The notes beneath the pieces were generated by a model. That model had not been told where the DNA came from and ran no database searches. It saw nothing but the letters and a program-made list of their open reading frames with translations. This document shows, piece by piece, positions 38,948-52,754 of a stretch of DNA of 64,000 nt (position 1 is the first letter of the stretch; the number at the start of each line of letters is the position of its first letter). Source of the DNA: Octopus sinensis (Eukaryota); assembly GCF_006345805.1 (NCBI RefSeq), contig NC_042998.1, positions 96,224,001 through 96,288,000 of the forward strand. The letters are read 5' to 3'. The translations under genes and the position numbers were made by a program.

Positions 38948-39372
38948 CACGTGGCTTAGTGGTTAGGGCATTCGACTCACGATCATAACGTCGTGAGTTC
39001 AATCCCCGGCGACGCGTTGCGTCCTTGAGCAAAACACTTTATTTCACGTTCCTCTAGTCCACTAAGCTGTTAAAAATGAATTGGTATCTGTATTTCAAAG
39101 ATCCAGCCTTGTCACACTTTGTATCACGCTGAATCTCCCTGAGAGTTCTCAGCCACTTGCACGTTAATTTCACGAGCCAGCTGTTCCGTTGATCGGATCG
39201 ACTGGAACCCTCGTCGTCGTAACCGACCGAGTGCCACGATGATAATGAAGGCGCGTAGCTTAGTGGTTAGGGCAGTGGAGTGCTCAGCCACTTGCACGTT
39301 AATTTCACGAGCCAGCTGTTCCGTTGATCGTATCGGCTGGGACCCTCGTCGTCGTGACCGACGTAGTGCTCC
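38948..39372 (+). mobile_element. SINE family C (CORE-like) followed by a short head+tail copy
   Basis: GTGGCTTAGTGGTTAGG..GAGTTCAATCC..TCCTTGAGCAAAACACTT; tail ctcagccacttgcacgttaatttcacgagc present twice. Confidence 0.85.
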
Positions 39373-39734
39373 TACGATAGTAGAAGCATCTGTAGGTGCT
39401 ACATGGCTAAATGGTTAAAAGTTCGTTTCACAACAGCAAGGTCACATGTTCTATTCCACTGCATGTGTATTTTTCTATAGCAGCGGATCTACTCATACCT
39501 TTTGAATGAATTTGGTTCGACTAAAACCGTATAATAATCCGCCAGACGGATCGTTAGATTACGGGTTTGATTCCTGGACTGGGCAGTCACGTGTTTTTGA
39601 GCAAAACACTTTTCAGGTTGCTTCAGTGCGTTCCGCTGTAAATGAGTGACCTCGCGATGGACTTACCTCCAGTTTAGGGGAAACACTGTGATGTCGGTCA
39701 CTTACACGTCATGGTAATCAGCCCAATGAGTGCT

Positions 39735-39882
39735 AGCTGGTAGGGGGGGCACTTTTAAAGGGGCGGCACTTTTCATCCTGTTGCAGGCTATTGCTGTAGG
39801 CAATATGTGTTTTTTGTGGGGTCCGGGGACGGCAAACTGAAGGGCCGCCCCGGGCGGCACACACTCTAGCTACGAGGCAGTG
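39735..39882. mobile_element. hAT-type MITE remnant
   Basis: gggccgccccgggcggcacacactctagctacg terminal-type sequence. Confidence 0.45.
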
Positions 39883-39902
39883 CTTATGTTTCTTTCGAAC
39901 GT

Positions 39903-40254
39903 ACGCACATTGTGGTTCTCCGTCGGTTACAACGACGAGTGTTCCAGTTTGATTCGATTAACGGAACAACCTGGTCTTAGAATTCACACGCAGGTGACTG
40001 GTCACCCCATAGACACGCGTACCCTTAACGTAGTCCGCGGGGAGATTCAGCGTGACATAGAATTGACATGTAACAAAACCGGCCTTTTGAATTCCTGATA
40101 CAACTAATTTCCGCCAACTGAGTAGATTGGAACAATGTGAAATAAAGTATCTTGCTGAAGTACACAATGCACGGCCGGGAAGTTCGTGGCCTTGTGGTTA
40201 GCGTATGCAGATCATGAGCTGTATACGCTAACCACAAGGCCACGAACTTCCCCC
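39903..40254 (-). mobile_element. SINE family C with its head converted into a palindrome
   Basis: Body is the reverse complement of 38948-39240; 40177-40252 is a 30-bp-arm inverted repeat. Confidence 0.85.
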
Positions 40255-40639
40255 ATACGTACGTACATACATACATACACACATAAATACAAACGCATAT
40301 ATGTGTGTGTGTATGTGTAAGGGGAGAGAGAGAGAGAAAGTGAAAGAGAGTGAGAGAGACAGACAAAGTGACAGAAGTACCTACTCAAATAATGATGTAA
40401 GTGGCTGAGTATTCCACAGATATGTGTAACGTTAAACATAAATTCTTGGGCAGAATTTACGTGGCGCATGAATACATAGGCGCAAAGCAAGTTAGAGTAA
40501 ATAATTTTGTCTGATGTTTTGCAATGCAAATTTTTTTTTTTTGTAAGTTTTTCAGCTTCAGGAAAAAAACATACATACATACATACATACATACACACAT
40601 ACATACATACATACATACATACATACATACATACATACA

Positions 40640-40669
<30 letters not shown>

Positions 40670-40671
<2 letters not shown>

Positions 40672-40763
40672 CTCAATCGGTACACATTTTGCTCGACATT
40701 TCTGCCCAGCAAGTCAATGACTTTGGCAACTTACCAATGTATGGCATGTGTGTGAGTGCCTAT
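40670..40763 (+). repeat. Left arm of diverged inverted repeat (partner 42384-42465)
   Basis: gcaacttaccaatgtaYgRYatgtgtgYgagYgcctat is shared in opposite orientation. Confidence 0.8.
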
Positions 40764-40815
40764 CTAATATATATATATATATATATATATACATAGAAAC
40801 ATATAATATATACAT

Positions 40816-40863
<48 letters not shown>

Positions 40864-40924
40864 CATACGTACATGAGTGTATATTCATTTATATGAGTGT
40901 TTGTTTGTTTTTATGTATATATAT

Positions 40925-41106
40925 AGTTGAAATTTATAGAAAAACAAAAGACGAAGACAGGTATATGAGCAACAAGCAGGCGTATTAGTTTGACGGTCGG
41001 GAAAATGAAAATGTCTGTTACGTTTCGAGCTTACGCTCTTCAACAGAAAGGAATAAGAAAAAATAAACACAGAGGGAATGAAAAAGAACTTGTTGATTTA
41101 GCGGAT
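40925..41106 (-). mobile_element. Hammerhead-like element H1, copy 3 (motif 41014-41051)
   Basis: Reverse complement CCTTT-CTGTTGA-A-GAGC GTAA GCTC-GAAAC-GTA-ACAGA. Confidence 0.8.
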
Positions 41107-41449
41107 ATATCGTTACTATTATGTTAAATTGTAGTATGTCCAAATTTGGTTAGATGCTTTTTTTTTTTCAATACTTAATTATACTTGTAAAAGCTGTTGT
41201 TTTTGGTCAAGCTATCGAATCTCCAGTAGCTTCAGATACCAAGATATGAAAATCATCAAAGTGTAGCAGAACGATTTAGCATTTTTCAAAAGTGTATTAA
41301 GTCTCACATACGACAGTTTTGCGAAAAATATTTCTGACAGAAAATATTATACATGCATGGAGTTACGATTTTATTCACCCAACTGTTGCTAAAGTAAAAA
41401 GAAATGGAATGGTGAAACTATTTCTGTTTTCTGAAAAAAAGCAACGTTT

Positions 41450-41880
41450 TGGACTTACAACGATATGCTGTTCTCCATCTTTCTTTCTCGTTGTTTGCGT
41501 ATTGAACTTATTTGCTTTCATACTTCATGTTGTTTACAGCTGGTGACGTTCTGTACCCCTGTTTGTTTGTTTTTTTGGTTGTTCGAAAAAGTGTTCGTTT
41601 TCTATGTTTTTGTTTTCTATGTTCTCGTTTCTCATTCTGCCCACGTTTTTTTTATGTCCTGTACCCATATATGCATGTATATATACATATGTATATATGT
41701 ACATATCGTTAGCCACTACACACATTTTTTCTCTCCTTGTTTTTTCTGTGTCCCTTTCTGTAGAAGAGCGTAGGCTCGAAACGTAAAAGACATTTTCTAT
41801 TCCTGAGCGTTATACTAATACATCTGTTTGTTTTGTACACCATCTGTCTTCGACTTTTTTTTTTTCGTAAACTCTCACCT
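41450..41880 (+). mobile_element. Hammerhead-like element H1, copy 4, with T-rich 5' extension (motif 41754-41789)
   Basis: CTTT-CTGTAGA-A-GAGC GTAG GCTC-GAAAC-GTA-AAAG; ends in (TA)n; 5' boundary uncertain. Confidence 0.8.
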
Positions 41881-41888
41881 ATATATAT

Positions 41889-41962
<74 letters not shown>

Positions 41963-42222
41963 TTCAAATTACGATGAACGTAAACAAACAAACAAAGTTT
42001 GCTTTAGAAGTGTTGAGATGTCTTAGAAGTTAAAGAAGTGATTTTAAATTCTCAAACGCAGGATAATGCTAATAATATAGCCTGAACAGGATAAGCTACC
42101 CCTATTTTGCAGAAAAAAAGTGTTGGCGGTCGGCTATTAGACTCGAATTCTCACCTCCGTGATTATATATATATAATCATATATATATATATATATATAT
42201 AAACATATATATATATATATAT

Positions 42223-42271
<49 letters not shown>

Positions 42272-42383
42272 ATATATAAACATATATATATATATATATA
42301 TATATAAACATATATATATATATATATATAATATATAATATATATGTATATATATATATACATACATACATACATACATACAT

Positions 42384-42465
42384 AATAGGCGCTCGCACAC
42401 ATATCGTACATTGGTAAGTTGCTAAACTCATGACTCGCTGGCTTTAAATGAATTGCGATTGAGTA
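42384..42465 (-). repeat. Right arm of diverged inverted repeat (partner 40670-40763)
   Basis: ataggcgctcgcacacatatcgtacattggtaagttgc. Confidence 0.8.
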
Positions 42466-43057
42466 ATCTGGGTTCAAATATATATATGTATGTATGTATA
42501 TATATATATATTTAGTAAGACCTTGACTCAGCTTCATATGACTTATCAGTTTCATGGGTGCGGAGGACGAGTCCATATGTGTGTGTGGTCCTCCGTCAGT
42601 TTCGACGATGACGGTTTAGCTGTTCGATCATCTAAATGAGAGATACAAAGAGTGACATGGTCGTTTCACTGAATTCAATGTACAATCCATTCGTCGGATT
42701 TCTCTACACTTTCCGTCAAGCCAATGTCATTCATTAAACAGACCTTAGTGATATACTGGGAAGGCGAAGGGTACGGTCCCGCCCGGGTAACGCTTTTCCG
42801 TGACAGTACTTTTGGGTCTGCTGTATTGGCCTGTATAAGGGAGTAGGAAGACAGGTAAGGCAAATTGAAAGGCTTTCCAGAGCGTTTCACATTCTGCCAA
42901 CATCACTTTACCCGGTGGTAAAGAAAATGACAGTTACGCAAAATGGCATTCAGTCGGATCGAACCCTACACCACGCTGTTGGGACACGAACTTCTAACTC
43001 ATTCGGTCATACCGCGCCTATCTCTCTCCATCCCCCCTCCTCTCTCTATCTCTCGCT

Positions 43058-43089
<32 letters not shown>

Positions 43090-43108
43090 CTTCCTCTCTC
43101 TACATACA

Positions 43109-43140
<32 letters not shown>

Positions 43141-43159
43141 CATATGTATGTGAGTGTAT

Positions 43160-43230
<71 letters not shown>

Positions 43231-43365
43231 TGTATATACACCCTTTCTTTCCTTCCCTGGGTGTCGTATTAATACTTTGCATGTACCAGGTTCTCGCGTT
43301 GTGTTTTTCTTGTTTTTCTCTGTTTTTTGGGGGGATTAATTTTTTATATATATTTTTATATATTA

Positions 43366-43912
43366 TTTTTCTTGTTTCAGTCATTTGACTTCAGCCATGC
43401 TGGAGCACCGTCTTTAGTCGAACAAATCAACCCCAGCACTTATTCCTTGAAAGCCTGGTACTATTCTATTGGTTTCTTTTGTCGAACGGGAAGTTGCGGG
43501 AATGTAAACACACCAACATCGGTTGTCAAGCGACGGTAAGGGGACAAACACAGAACACACACACACACACACATATACATACATATATATATTATTAAGA
43601 CAGGGAACTAAAGTCCTTTAAGGGATGCGAGCATCCTAGTTCTCCGGTTTTTACCAGCATTCAGTGTAAACCAAGTATATTAGTTTATCACCGAAACGTA
43701 CAGGTATTTAAATATACCTTTCTAAATAAGAAATTGAAGAAAATGCAAAAGTTTGTCGTAGAGACTTTATTTATTTAAAGACATTCAAATTCACAGAGAA
43801 ATTCCTGTGTGTAGGAATTTCTCTAAATAAATTTGAATGTCTTTAAATAAATGACATCTGAACGTCAATTTTCCCCATTTTCTTCATTTTGTCATTCATA
43901 AGAATACAATAT

Positions 43913-43943
<31 letters not shown>

Positions 43944-44106
43944 TTATATATATATATATTATACGACGGGCTTCTTTCAGTGTCCGTCTACCAAATTCGC
44001 TCAGAAGTCTTTGACCGGATACTTTGCCCAAGGTGCCACGCAGTAGGACTGAACCCGGAACCATGTGGTTGGGAAGCAAGTTTCTTACCACACAGCGCCT
44101 GCGCCT
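43366..44106 (-). mobile_element. SINE family A with a nested insertion in its internal microsatellite
   Basis: 3' half at 43366-43560 and 5' half at 43960-44106. Confidence 0.9.
43592..43910. mobile_element. TA-embedded fold-back element
   Basis: Arms 43769-43791/43830-43852 (23 bp perfect) and 43795-43806/43813-43824 (12 bp perfect); outer TGAAGAAAATG/CATTTTCTTCA. Confidence 0.8.
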
Positions 44107-44207
44107 ACATACACATATATATATGTATACACACACAAACATACACATATATGCACACATGCACATACACACACACACAAATATATAAGTGTGCGAGTGT
44201 TTGTGCC

Positions 44208-44986
44208 CACATACATACATACATACATACATACATACATACATACATACATACATTCATACACACATACACACATACATACATACGTTCATACATACAT
44301 ACATACATACATACATACATACATGCATACATACATACATACATACATACATGCATACATACATGCATACATACATACATACATTCATGCATACATACAT
44401 ACATACATACATACATACATACATACATACATACATACATACATACACACATACATACATGCATTCATACATACATACATACATACATACATGCATACAT
44501 ACATACATACATACATTCATACATGCATACATACATGCATACATACATACATACAGACACACACACATACATACATACATACATACATACATACATACAT
44601 ACATACATACATACATACATACATACACACACATACATACATACATACATACATACATACATACATACACACACACATACATACATTCAATACATACATA
44701 CATACATACATACATACATACATACATACATACATACATACATACATTCATACATACATATATACATACATGCATACATACATACATACATACATACATA
44801 CACACATACATACATACATACATTCATACATACATACATACATACATACATTCATACATACATACATACATCCATACATACATACATACATACATTCATA
44901 CATACATACATACATACATTCATTCATACATACATACATACATACATACATACATACATACATACATACATACATACATACATACA
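44208..44986. repeat. (CATA)n microsatellite of about 780 bp
   Basis: Direct reading; source of the long HTYI/MYVC ORFs. Confidence 0.95.
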
Positions 44987-45417
44987 TGTGTACATACGTG
45001 TGTACACTTGTTTACAGAAAGATGAGTACACTAGCTACAAAATAATCACGATCTGCCATGCCGGGCTGGCAGCTCGCGGCTGCACGGCTGCAATGGCTGA
45101 ATAAGTATGTCGCCGCCGCTGCCCTCGCTGTCCAACAAGGAAAGCAAAGCAGAACGTGGCTGTGTGTGAGAGAAGGAGGGGAACAATTCACAAATGCTTC
45201 CTCTCTTTCACTTTAGACTCCCACTCATTCGTATACTTGTTTTTGTTTACAGTCTTTTCATTCACATACACACATACACACACAGGCACACACACACACA
45301 CCCACACACACACACACACACCACACACACACACCACACACACACACACACACTCAATAACAAACGTACGTAGGCGCAACACACACATTTACACATATTC
45401 ATATAAATTTATACACA

Positions 45418-45449
<32 letters not shown>

Positions 45450-45509
45450 TATATTATATATATATATGTATATATATATATGTATAGATAGATAGATATA
45501 GATATAGAT

Positions 45510-45548
<39 letters not shown>

Positions 45549-47108
45549 ATATATAGTGTTCGTCCCTTCCTGTATTTCACGTTCATTATATATAAAAACA
45601 TTCATTCTATATATATATATATATAATATATATATGTATAGATATATATATAGAAATATATATATATAGATATATATATATAGTTATATATATAATAATA
45701 ACATATACACATATCTGTGTATACATATGTACACACAGACACAGACATAAATATATACATACATACAAATATATTTATGTATATATATATATACAACCAC
45801 TCTCTCTCTTCTCTCTCTATCTTCTATATATATATATAATATATACAACCACTCTCTCTCTATATATATATATCCACAACCACTCTCTCTCTCTCTCCCT
45901 CTATACATATATATATATATATATATATATTTATTCATTTATACACAAACTTTCTTCCTTACTTTTTCACTCTCTCTTTCTTTGTTTCCCCTTCTTACTC
46001 TTCCTTTCTCCTCTAGTATCTCTCTCCCTCTGTTTTTCCCTCTTTCGTCACTCTTCCCGTCCCTCTCTTCCTCACTCCCTCTCTCTCTCTTTCTTTACGT
46101 GTATTTAAAACAGTAATCCGCCTGATTCTACAACCCACATCTTCAACATTGTAGCTTCTATCGTCTCTCATATTCTCTCTCTCTCACTCTCTCTCTCTCT
46201 ATGACTTTCTCTTCCTCTTTTTCCCACTCGTTTTGTCTTCCTGTTCTCTCTTTCTCTCTCCCTCCCTCCCTCCCTCCCTCTCTCTCTACTTCCCATTCAC
46301 ATTTGTTTGTCTGCCGTTTGTTTAATAACCGACAACAGTCAGTCAAAAAGGGTGTGAGCGTGAAGGTTGGCTATGTCTGGCCCACACGATAATCGGATTC
46401 TTACCTATATATTTTGCTTGTAGTCGAAGGCGACATCAATTCGCGCTGACACGCTAATAAGACAAAATCGTACACATACACACACACACACACGCGCGCG
46501 CACATACACACATATACATGTGTGTGTATGTACACAGTAATCACACAAAACACTTAAGTACGCGCATACGCACGTACTTTTATCTTTCTTGAGATTTACG
46601 AGCAGGCACATAGAAGGGTCTTCCTGCTCAAAGTACTTCCGTGTGTGCGTGGTGAATCGAGCCAGTACTGTAAAACAAGCATCAACGGCAGTTGACATCC
46701 AGTATATCAGATGTATTTACCTCGATGACAGTGACAAGATCTTAATACAAAAGAATAAGGCGACGACAACGAACAAAAGACAAGCTGTACCGTGTTATCA
46801 CTATTCACTCATTGTCTGTGTATACTACTGCCAGTTTAATAGAAGGATAAATTACTATAACGGAATATATACGTATATCTAAATATACGTACACAAAATA
46901 CCTATCTATCTATATACGAATTTGTCTTACCTGGAGATTTGGATTCAAATGTACAGATAATCTACTGAAAACTGCAGGTGTGTATATTAATAGGGTTGTT
47001 ATTACAGATATCATATCCGTCCGTGTATATACATGTATATAAATGTATTTAACACATATACACAGACACATGCAATTGCACACATGTCTGTATATAAATA
47101 TATCGATA

Positions 47109-47144
<36 letters not shown>

Positions 47145-47324
47145 TGTATGTATGTATGTATGTATTATGTATGTATGTATGTATATGTGTGTGCGTGTGA
47201 ATACATGTGCTTGTGTTGTCTGTAATTGTATATATACATACATTCAAATATATATATATATATACATGTGCTTGTATATTCATGTTTATGTTTATGAAAG
47301 TAAAACTACGTAACGAAGCGAACA

Positions 47325-47425
<101 letters not shown>

Positions 47426-47874
47426 CTGTGTGTACATATCATTCGTTATATACGCTGTGATATATCAGTAGAAGTCCGTGTGTGTAGTTTGTGTGTCTGT
47501 ATTGTGTGTGATCCACAGCGTAACATGAACTTTACTAGACGTTGTGATAATTGAGATTTTTGAATTCAAATTATGTTCATGTTTTATTAAATTCATGTTA
47601 TATTTTCAGCAAAACATCTCACATCAGTGATGATATATAAATCTACTTATATCTTATGTACCTACATACGATATAAGGTGTGTGTGTGTGTGTGGTGTGT
47701 GTGTGTGTGTGTGTGTGTCTGGTGAATCTTTATGTTATATCTACATCTATCCCACAGTATTTTTAATGTTATTTGTTCATGTCTCCGAAGTTTGACATTT
47801 TCTCGTTTTCATTCCACCCATACGCGCACCCGTACAGACACGCACCCCCACCACACAAATACATACACACGCGT

Positions 47875-48062
47875 TGTTTCTAATTTCTGCACAAGGCCAG
47901 CAGGTTTTAGCTAGTGTGGGTTAGTAATTTAAATCGTTTCCTGTACTTGACTGATACTTTACTTTATTGACCCTCGGAAGGATGAATGGCAAAGTTCACT
48001 CGATGGGATTTGAAATCAGAACGTAGAAGACCAGAGCATACACAGCACAACATTTTGTCCGA
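47875..48062 (-). mobile_element. Decayed SINE family B
   Basis: gcacaaggccagca..ggaaggatgaatggcaaag..gatttgaaatcagaacg. Confidence 0.7.
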
Positions 48063-48075
48063 CACTCTTAGTCTA

Positions 48076-48139
<64 letters not shown>

Positions 48140-48146
48140 GAACTAG

Positions 48147-48216
<70 letters not shown>

Positions 48217-48591
48217 CTTTAATAGGTTTCGGCCAGTATCTCTCTCTCTCTCTCTCTCTGGGTATAATATATATATATATATACATACACATACATATAT
48301 ATTCATACATACATACATACATACATACATACATACATACATACATACATACATACATACATACACACTGCGGTTCGACATAGTGAAATCGATAAAATCC
48401 CAGACTGAAATAAGTGCTGTAAGCAATTTGATGTATTTTATATGATTAAACGTGTCTCTATCTATAATTCAAACACAGAGTACAACTTGGTACATGCAGT
48501 TATTTATAACTTCGTTGTTTATGAAATTACTAATGACAACTTGTATTTTAAACAGTATATAAAGTTTTAACAAGCAAGACTTTTAATCTTT

Positions 48592-48790
48592 TTGTGTTGT
48601 TGTTCAGCTCCAAGTCAGCTGTGACAGCAGACAAATATATGATCAAAGAGAATCTAAACATGACCATCCTGTTCATAATATATTGTTTTATATATTGAAC
48701 TGCTATATTTATTAGTTAATGTGTCCCGTCCTTTCCCGAGACAGTACAGTGTAACTTAGGGAGGATTTGGCTAGTATTTCTAGCATGTCT
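48592..48790 (-). mobile_element. Dispersed repeat family D
   Basis: gatcaaag..tgaccatcc..ggaggatttggctagtatttctagca. Confidence 0.55.
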
Positions 48791-49126
48791 TATCAGTCCA
48801 GTGCGGAGGAGGTTGTCTCATTGTATTCATTCATATAAAGTGTGTGTGTGCGTATGTTTATATGCTACAGTTTTTGTGAAAATGTGTGGGTGGCGTTTTT
48901 AAATAAGCGCACCAAGCCATCGTCACATAAAGTACCTTCATTCAAATATATTGATACTTTTTCCATAAATATTACATAAATAGCGTAGTAGGCTTGTCAT
49001 GTTGTAAAGCACTAAGCCTTTAGTTTTATTTATGTATTTATTTTTAATTTTCATTTTCATTTATTTTTAGTTTTGTTAGTTATTATCTCTAAGTCCTGAG
49101 TTCAAATCCTGCCGCTGCTGACATCC

Positions 49127-49157
<31 letters not shown>

Positions 49158-49376
49158 CGTCCTTACGAGATTGATTAAATTAAGTACCAGTCAGTCAAAA
49201 TATACCGCGTTTAATATAATCGAAGTATTCAGTTTCCAGTAAAATCTGTAGTCTTATAACTGACTTAGAAAAACACACACACACACGAATTAGTCATACA
49301 ACCAAATCCTCGCCACTTGTGTATTTGAATAGGTGAAACAAGCATCGACTCAATAAATACATACATACATATGTGT

Positions 49377-49439
<63 letters not shown>

Positions 49440-50633
49440 ATATATATATATATAATTCATATATTAGCCGTATGCAATTATGATTTCTTCTATTACAGAT
49501 ATACAACATTATTAATGTATAATAAATAACAATAATGTATTAAGGCGTAATCATATTTACTTCGAAATATGTTATATATATATTATATATTGATCTTATA
49601 TATAACATATTTATCTATTCAATAGACTTTATCTTTCATCCCTCAAGGATCATGGAGAAAAAAGGACGGTGGGGGAGCGAATTTTAACGTACAATACGAC
49701 CTGTTTTTTCTTTAATGCTTCTTAAGACTTTTCCCAGACAAGGTGCCCCAACCGGATGTGTGAACCCTATACTTTGTAACAAGCAGGGTAGACTACTAAT
49801 GGCCGTACAAGTCCACATGTTGATTTTTCAGTATTACTGTATAAGTAAATGTGTTCGTCTGTCTGTGTGCGTGTGTGTTTGTGTTTTAGTGTTATGTATA
49901 GAGACAAATACAAATATAATACAGAAAGATAGAGACACGTTATATTTATGCCATTTTTTTTTATTGAATTGTGTGTCAATAAACGTATACACACACACAT
50001 GTTCAGATGGATTACACTTGTATTTTCTCCCTACGCCACTGAGTTCTTTATAGATATATCAATTGCGTGCGTACATGTAACTGGTGTACATGTATGTGTG
50101 TGAGTGTGTGTATGTGTGTGTGTGTGCATTTATCGACATATGAATGGATAATTGCACCTTAGAAACCCCATAAAACCACGTTGTTAGGTAATTAGAGACC
50201 AATATTTCTCCACACAACTAACCAAGCTCATGAGAATAAACACATACACACATACACACACACATTATATTATATTATATTATATTATATTTATTATATT
50301 ATATTATAATATGTTATATTATATTATAGTTCAAAGCTGTAAACACACATCCCTCAAATTATATTTAATATACTTCAACAATTTGATTGTTACGAAATTA
50401 ATACAAATTATGAAATTTTCACTTTAATTACTTGCAAGTCTGACAGAAAGAAAAAAAAAACATGTTATCAAACGCTTATTTATTTTTCTCATATTTAATT
50501 TAATTTATTTTTTTAAAAATTCGGTGTTGGCGAAATCTGTCGTTCTGTTATTGTACTGATGAAGACGTGATTATCGCCAATTTTTGAAATGAAACGTGTT
50601 TGTTACACACACACACACACACACACACATACA

Positions 50634-50678
<45 letters not shown>

Positions 50679-50687
50679 TTATGAATT

Positions 50688-50757
50688 ACACGCTCATATA
50701 CACAATTTCATGCAACTTCATGCAACTACACGCTCATATACACAATTTCATGCAACA
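50688..50757. repeat. 40-bp-period tandem duplication
   Basis: tacacgctcatatacacaatttcatgcaac twice. Confidence 0.85.
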
Positions 50758-50805
50758 CACGCACACAGTCAAATACACACGATCTCTCTCTCTCTCTCTC
50801 TCTTT

Positions 50806-50837
<32 letters not shown>

Positions 50838-50921
50838 CCAACTACACAAATATACACATACTGAATTTCTCCTTCTTTCTTTCTCTCAGCTCAACTCTTC
50901 ATGCAGACACAGTATCAACTA

Positions 50922-50962
<41 letters not shown>

Positions 50963-51269
50963 TAATGAATAGCGCTGATTATAATACAAAACTATACGTT
51001 ATCGCTTTTACATATTAGTACTTTCGAAAATATCTCTAAAGGTGCTTTACTTTAAGCTTATATTATTTATTACACCGTCTAAGGATTACCAGTTTATCTG
51101 TCTGTCCACCTCTACGGATTCCTGTCTGAAGCAGGAAGTGCATACAACGTCTTTATTATCAATAGTATATTTGAAATGTCACAGTTAAAAAAGTAAATTA
51201 TAAATTGAAACATGAATAAAATAAGAGAGCATCTGTTTGTAACATGCGTATTTAGATTAGAGTAGATTA

Positions 51270-51745
<476 letters not shown>

Positions 51746-51903
51746 GTGAGTGACAAATACAGATGAGTTTAAAGATTTAGTATATTTGAAAGTGAACGCA
51801 CGGTTGGTATGTTTAAGCAACAGGTTAATCATGGATCTTTGCACTCAATCTGCGACGTTACAGAATGGATTATTGCTCGAGGCCAAATCCTCTTGCCTTT
51901 TGA

Positions 51904-51934
<31 letters not shown>

Positions 51935-52445
51935 AAACTACCTGTTTGTTTTGTGTTTGTTGTCTTTTTCAATTTCTCTATACAAACACACACGTTTCAT
52001 ATAAACACCTTTGTGCAAGATGGTATGCAATATATTTGAATATATATATTAAACGAGAGCGTCTCTAAGCAAATTTGAAGAAATAAGAAAAAATTCACAC
52101 ACACGCTCACACAAACATCATTCATCCAGGCGTACATAAATTGTGTTGTATATCAAATTAGATATTTATATAAACGCATACACACATATAAGTGTGTGTA
52201 TGTGTGTGTGTGTGTTTCACATGCGCTTTGTGTACGTACAGATTTCCGTGTAGAGTGAGAGAAAAAGACAGAGGAACAAGTAGGAAGATGGAAGAATGGA
52301 AGAATGGAAGACGATGAGCAAGCGTATGACAGAATAATTATTTGCGTGTAAAATAAATAAAAATAAAAATAAAAGTAACGGAAAAAGAAAACGGCAAATT
52401 AGTGCTTTCAAGAAATGGTATATATACATACATACATACATATAT

Positions 52446-52524
<79 letters not shown>

Positions 52525-52528
<4 letters not shown>

Positions 52529-52650
52529 GATTTCATCTGAATGAAAGTTCTAGTCCTGTAGAAGCTCCTTCTATAAAATAAATTACTTTACTCTGCAATG
52601 TATTGAGTACCTTATTTACTGTGGTTAACCCCGACTCAACCCGGGACTTA
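52525..52650 (+). mobile_element. Short TA-embedded insert, possibly a pLTR-like fragment
   Basis: 125-bp unique sequence between TA tracts; starts TGAAGA-TTTCA..TGAAT-GAAA..AGTC. Confidence 0.4.
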
Positions 52651-52681
52651 CATATATATATTATATATTATATATATATAT

Positions 52682-52754
<73 letters not shown>

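Noticed and set aside
43980-45104. 374-aa and overlapping long ORFs
   Set aside because: Translations of (CATA)n plus antisense SINE; no coding signal. The same applies to the other YI/HT/CV/LS-repeat ORFs.
50556-50600. CTGATGA..GAAAC
   Set aside because: No stem II or stem I pairing.
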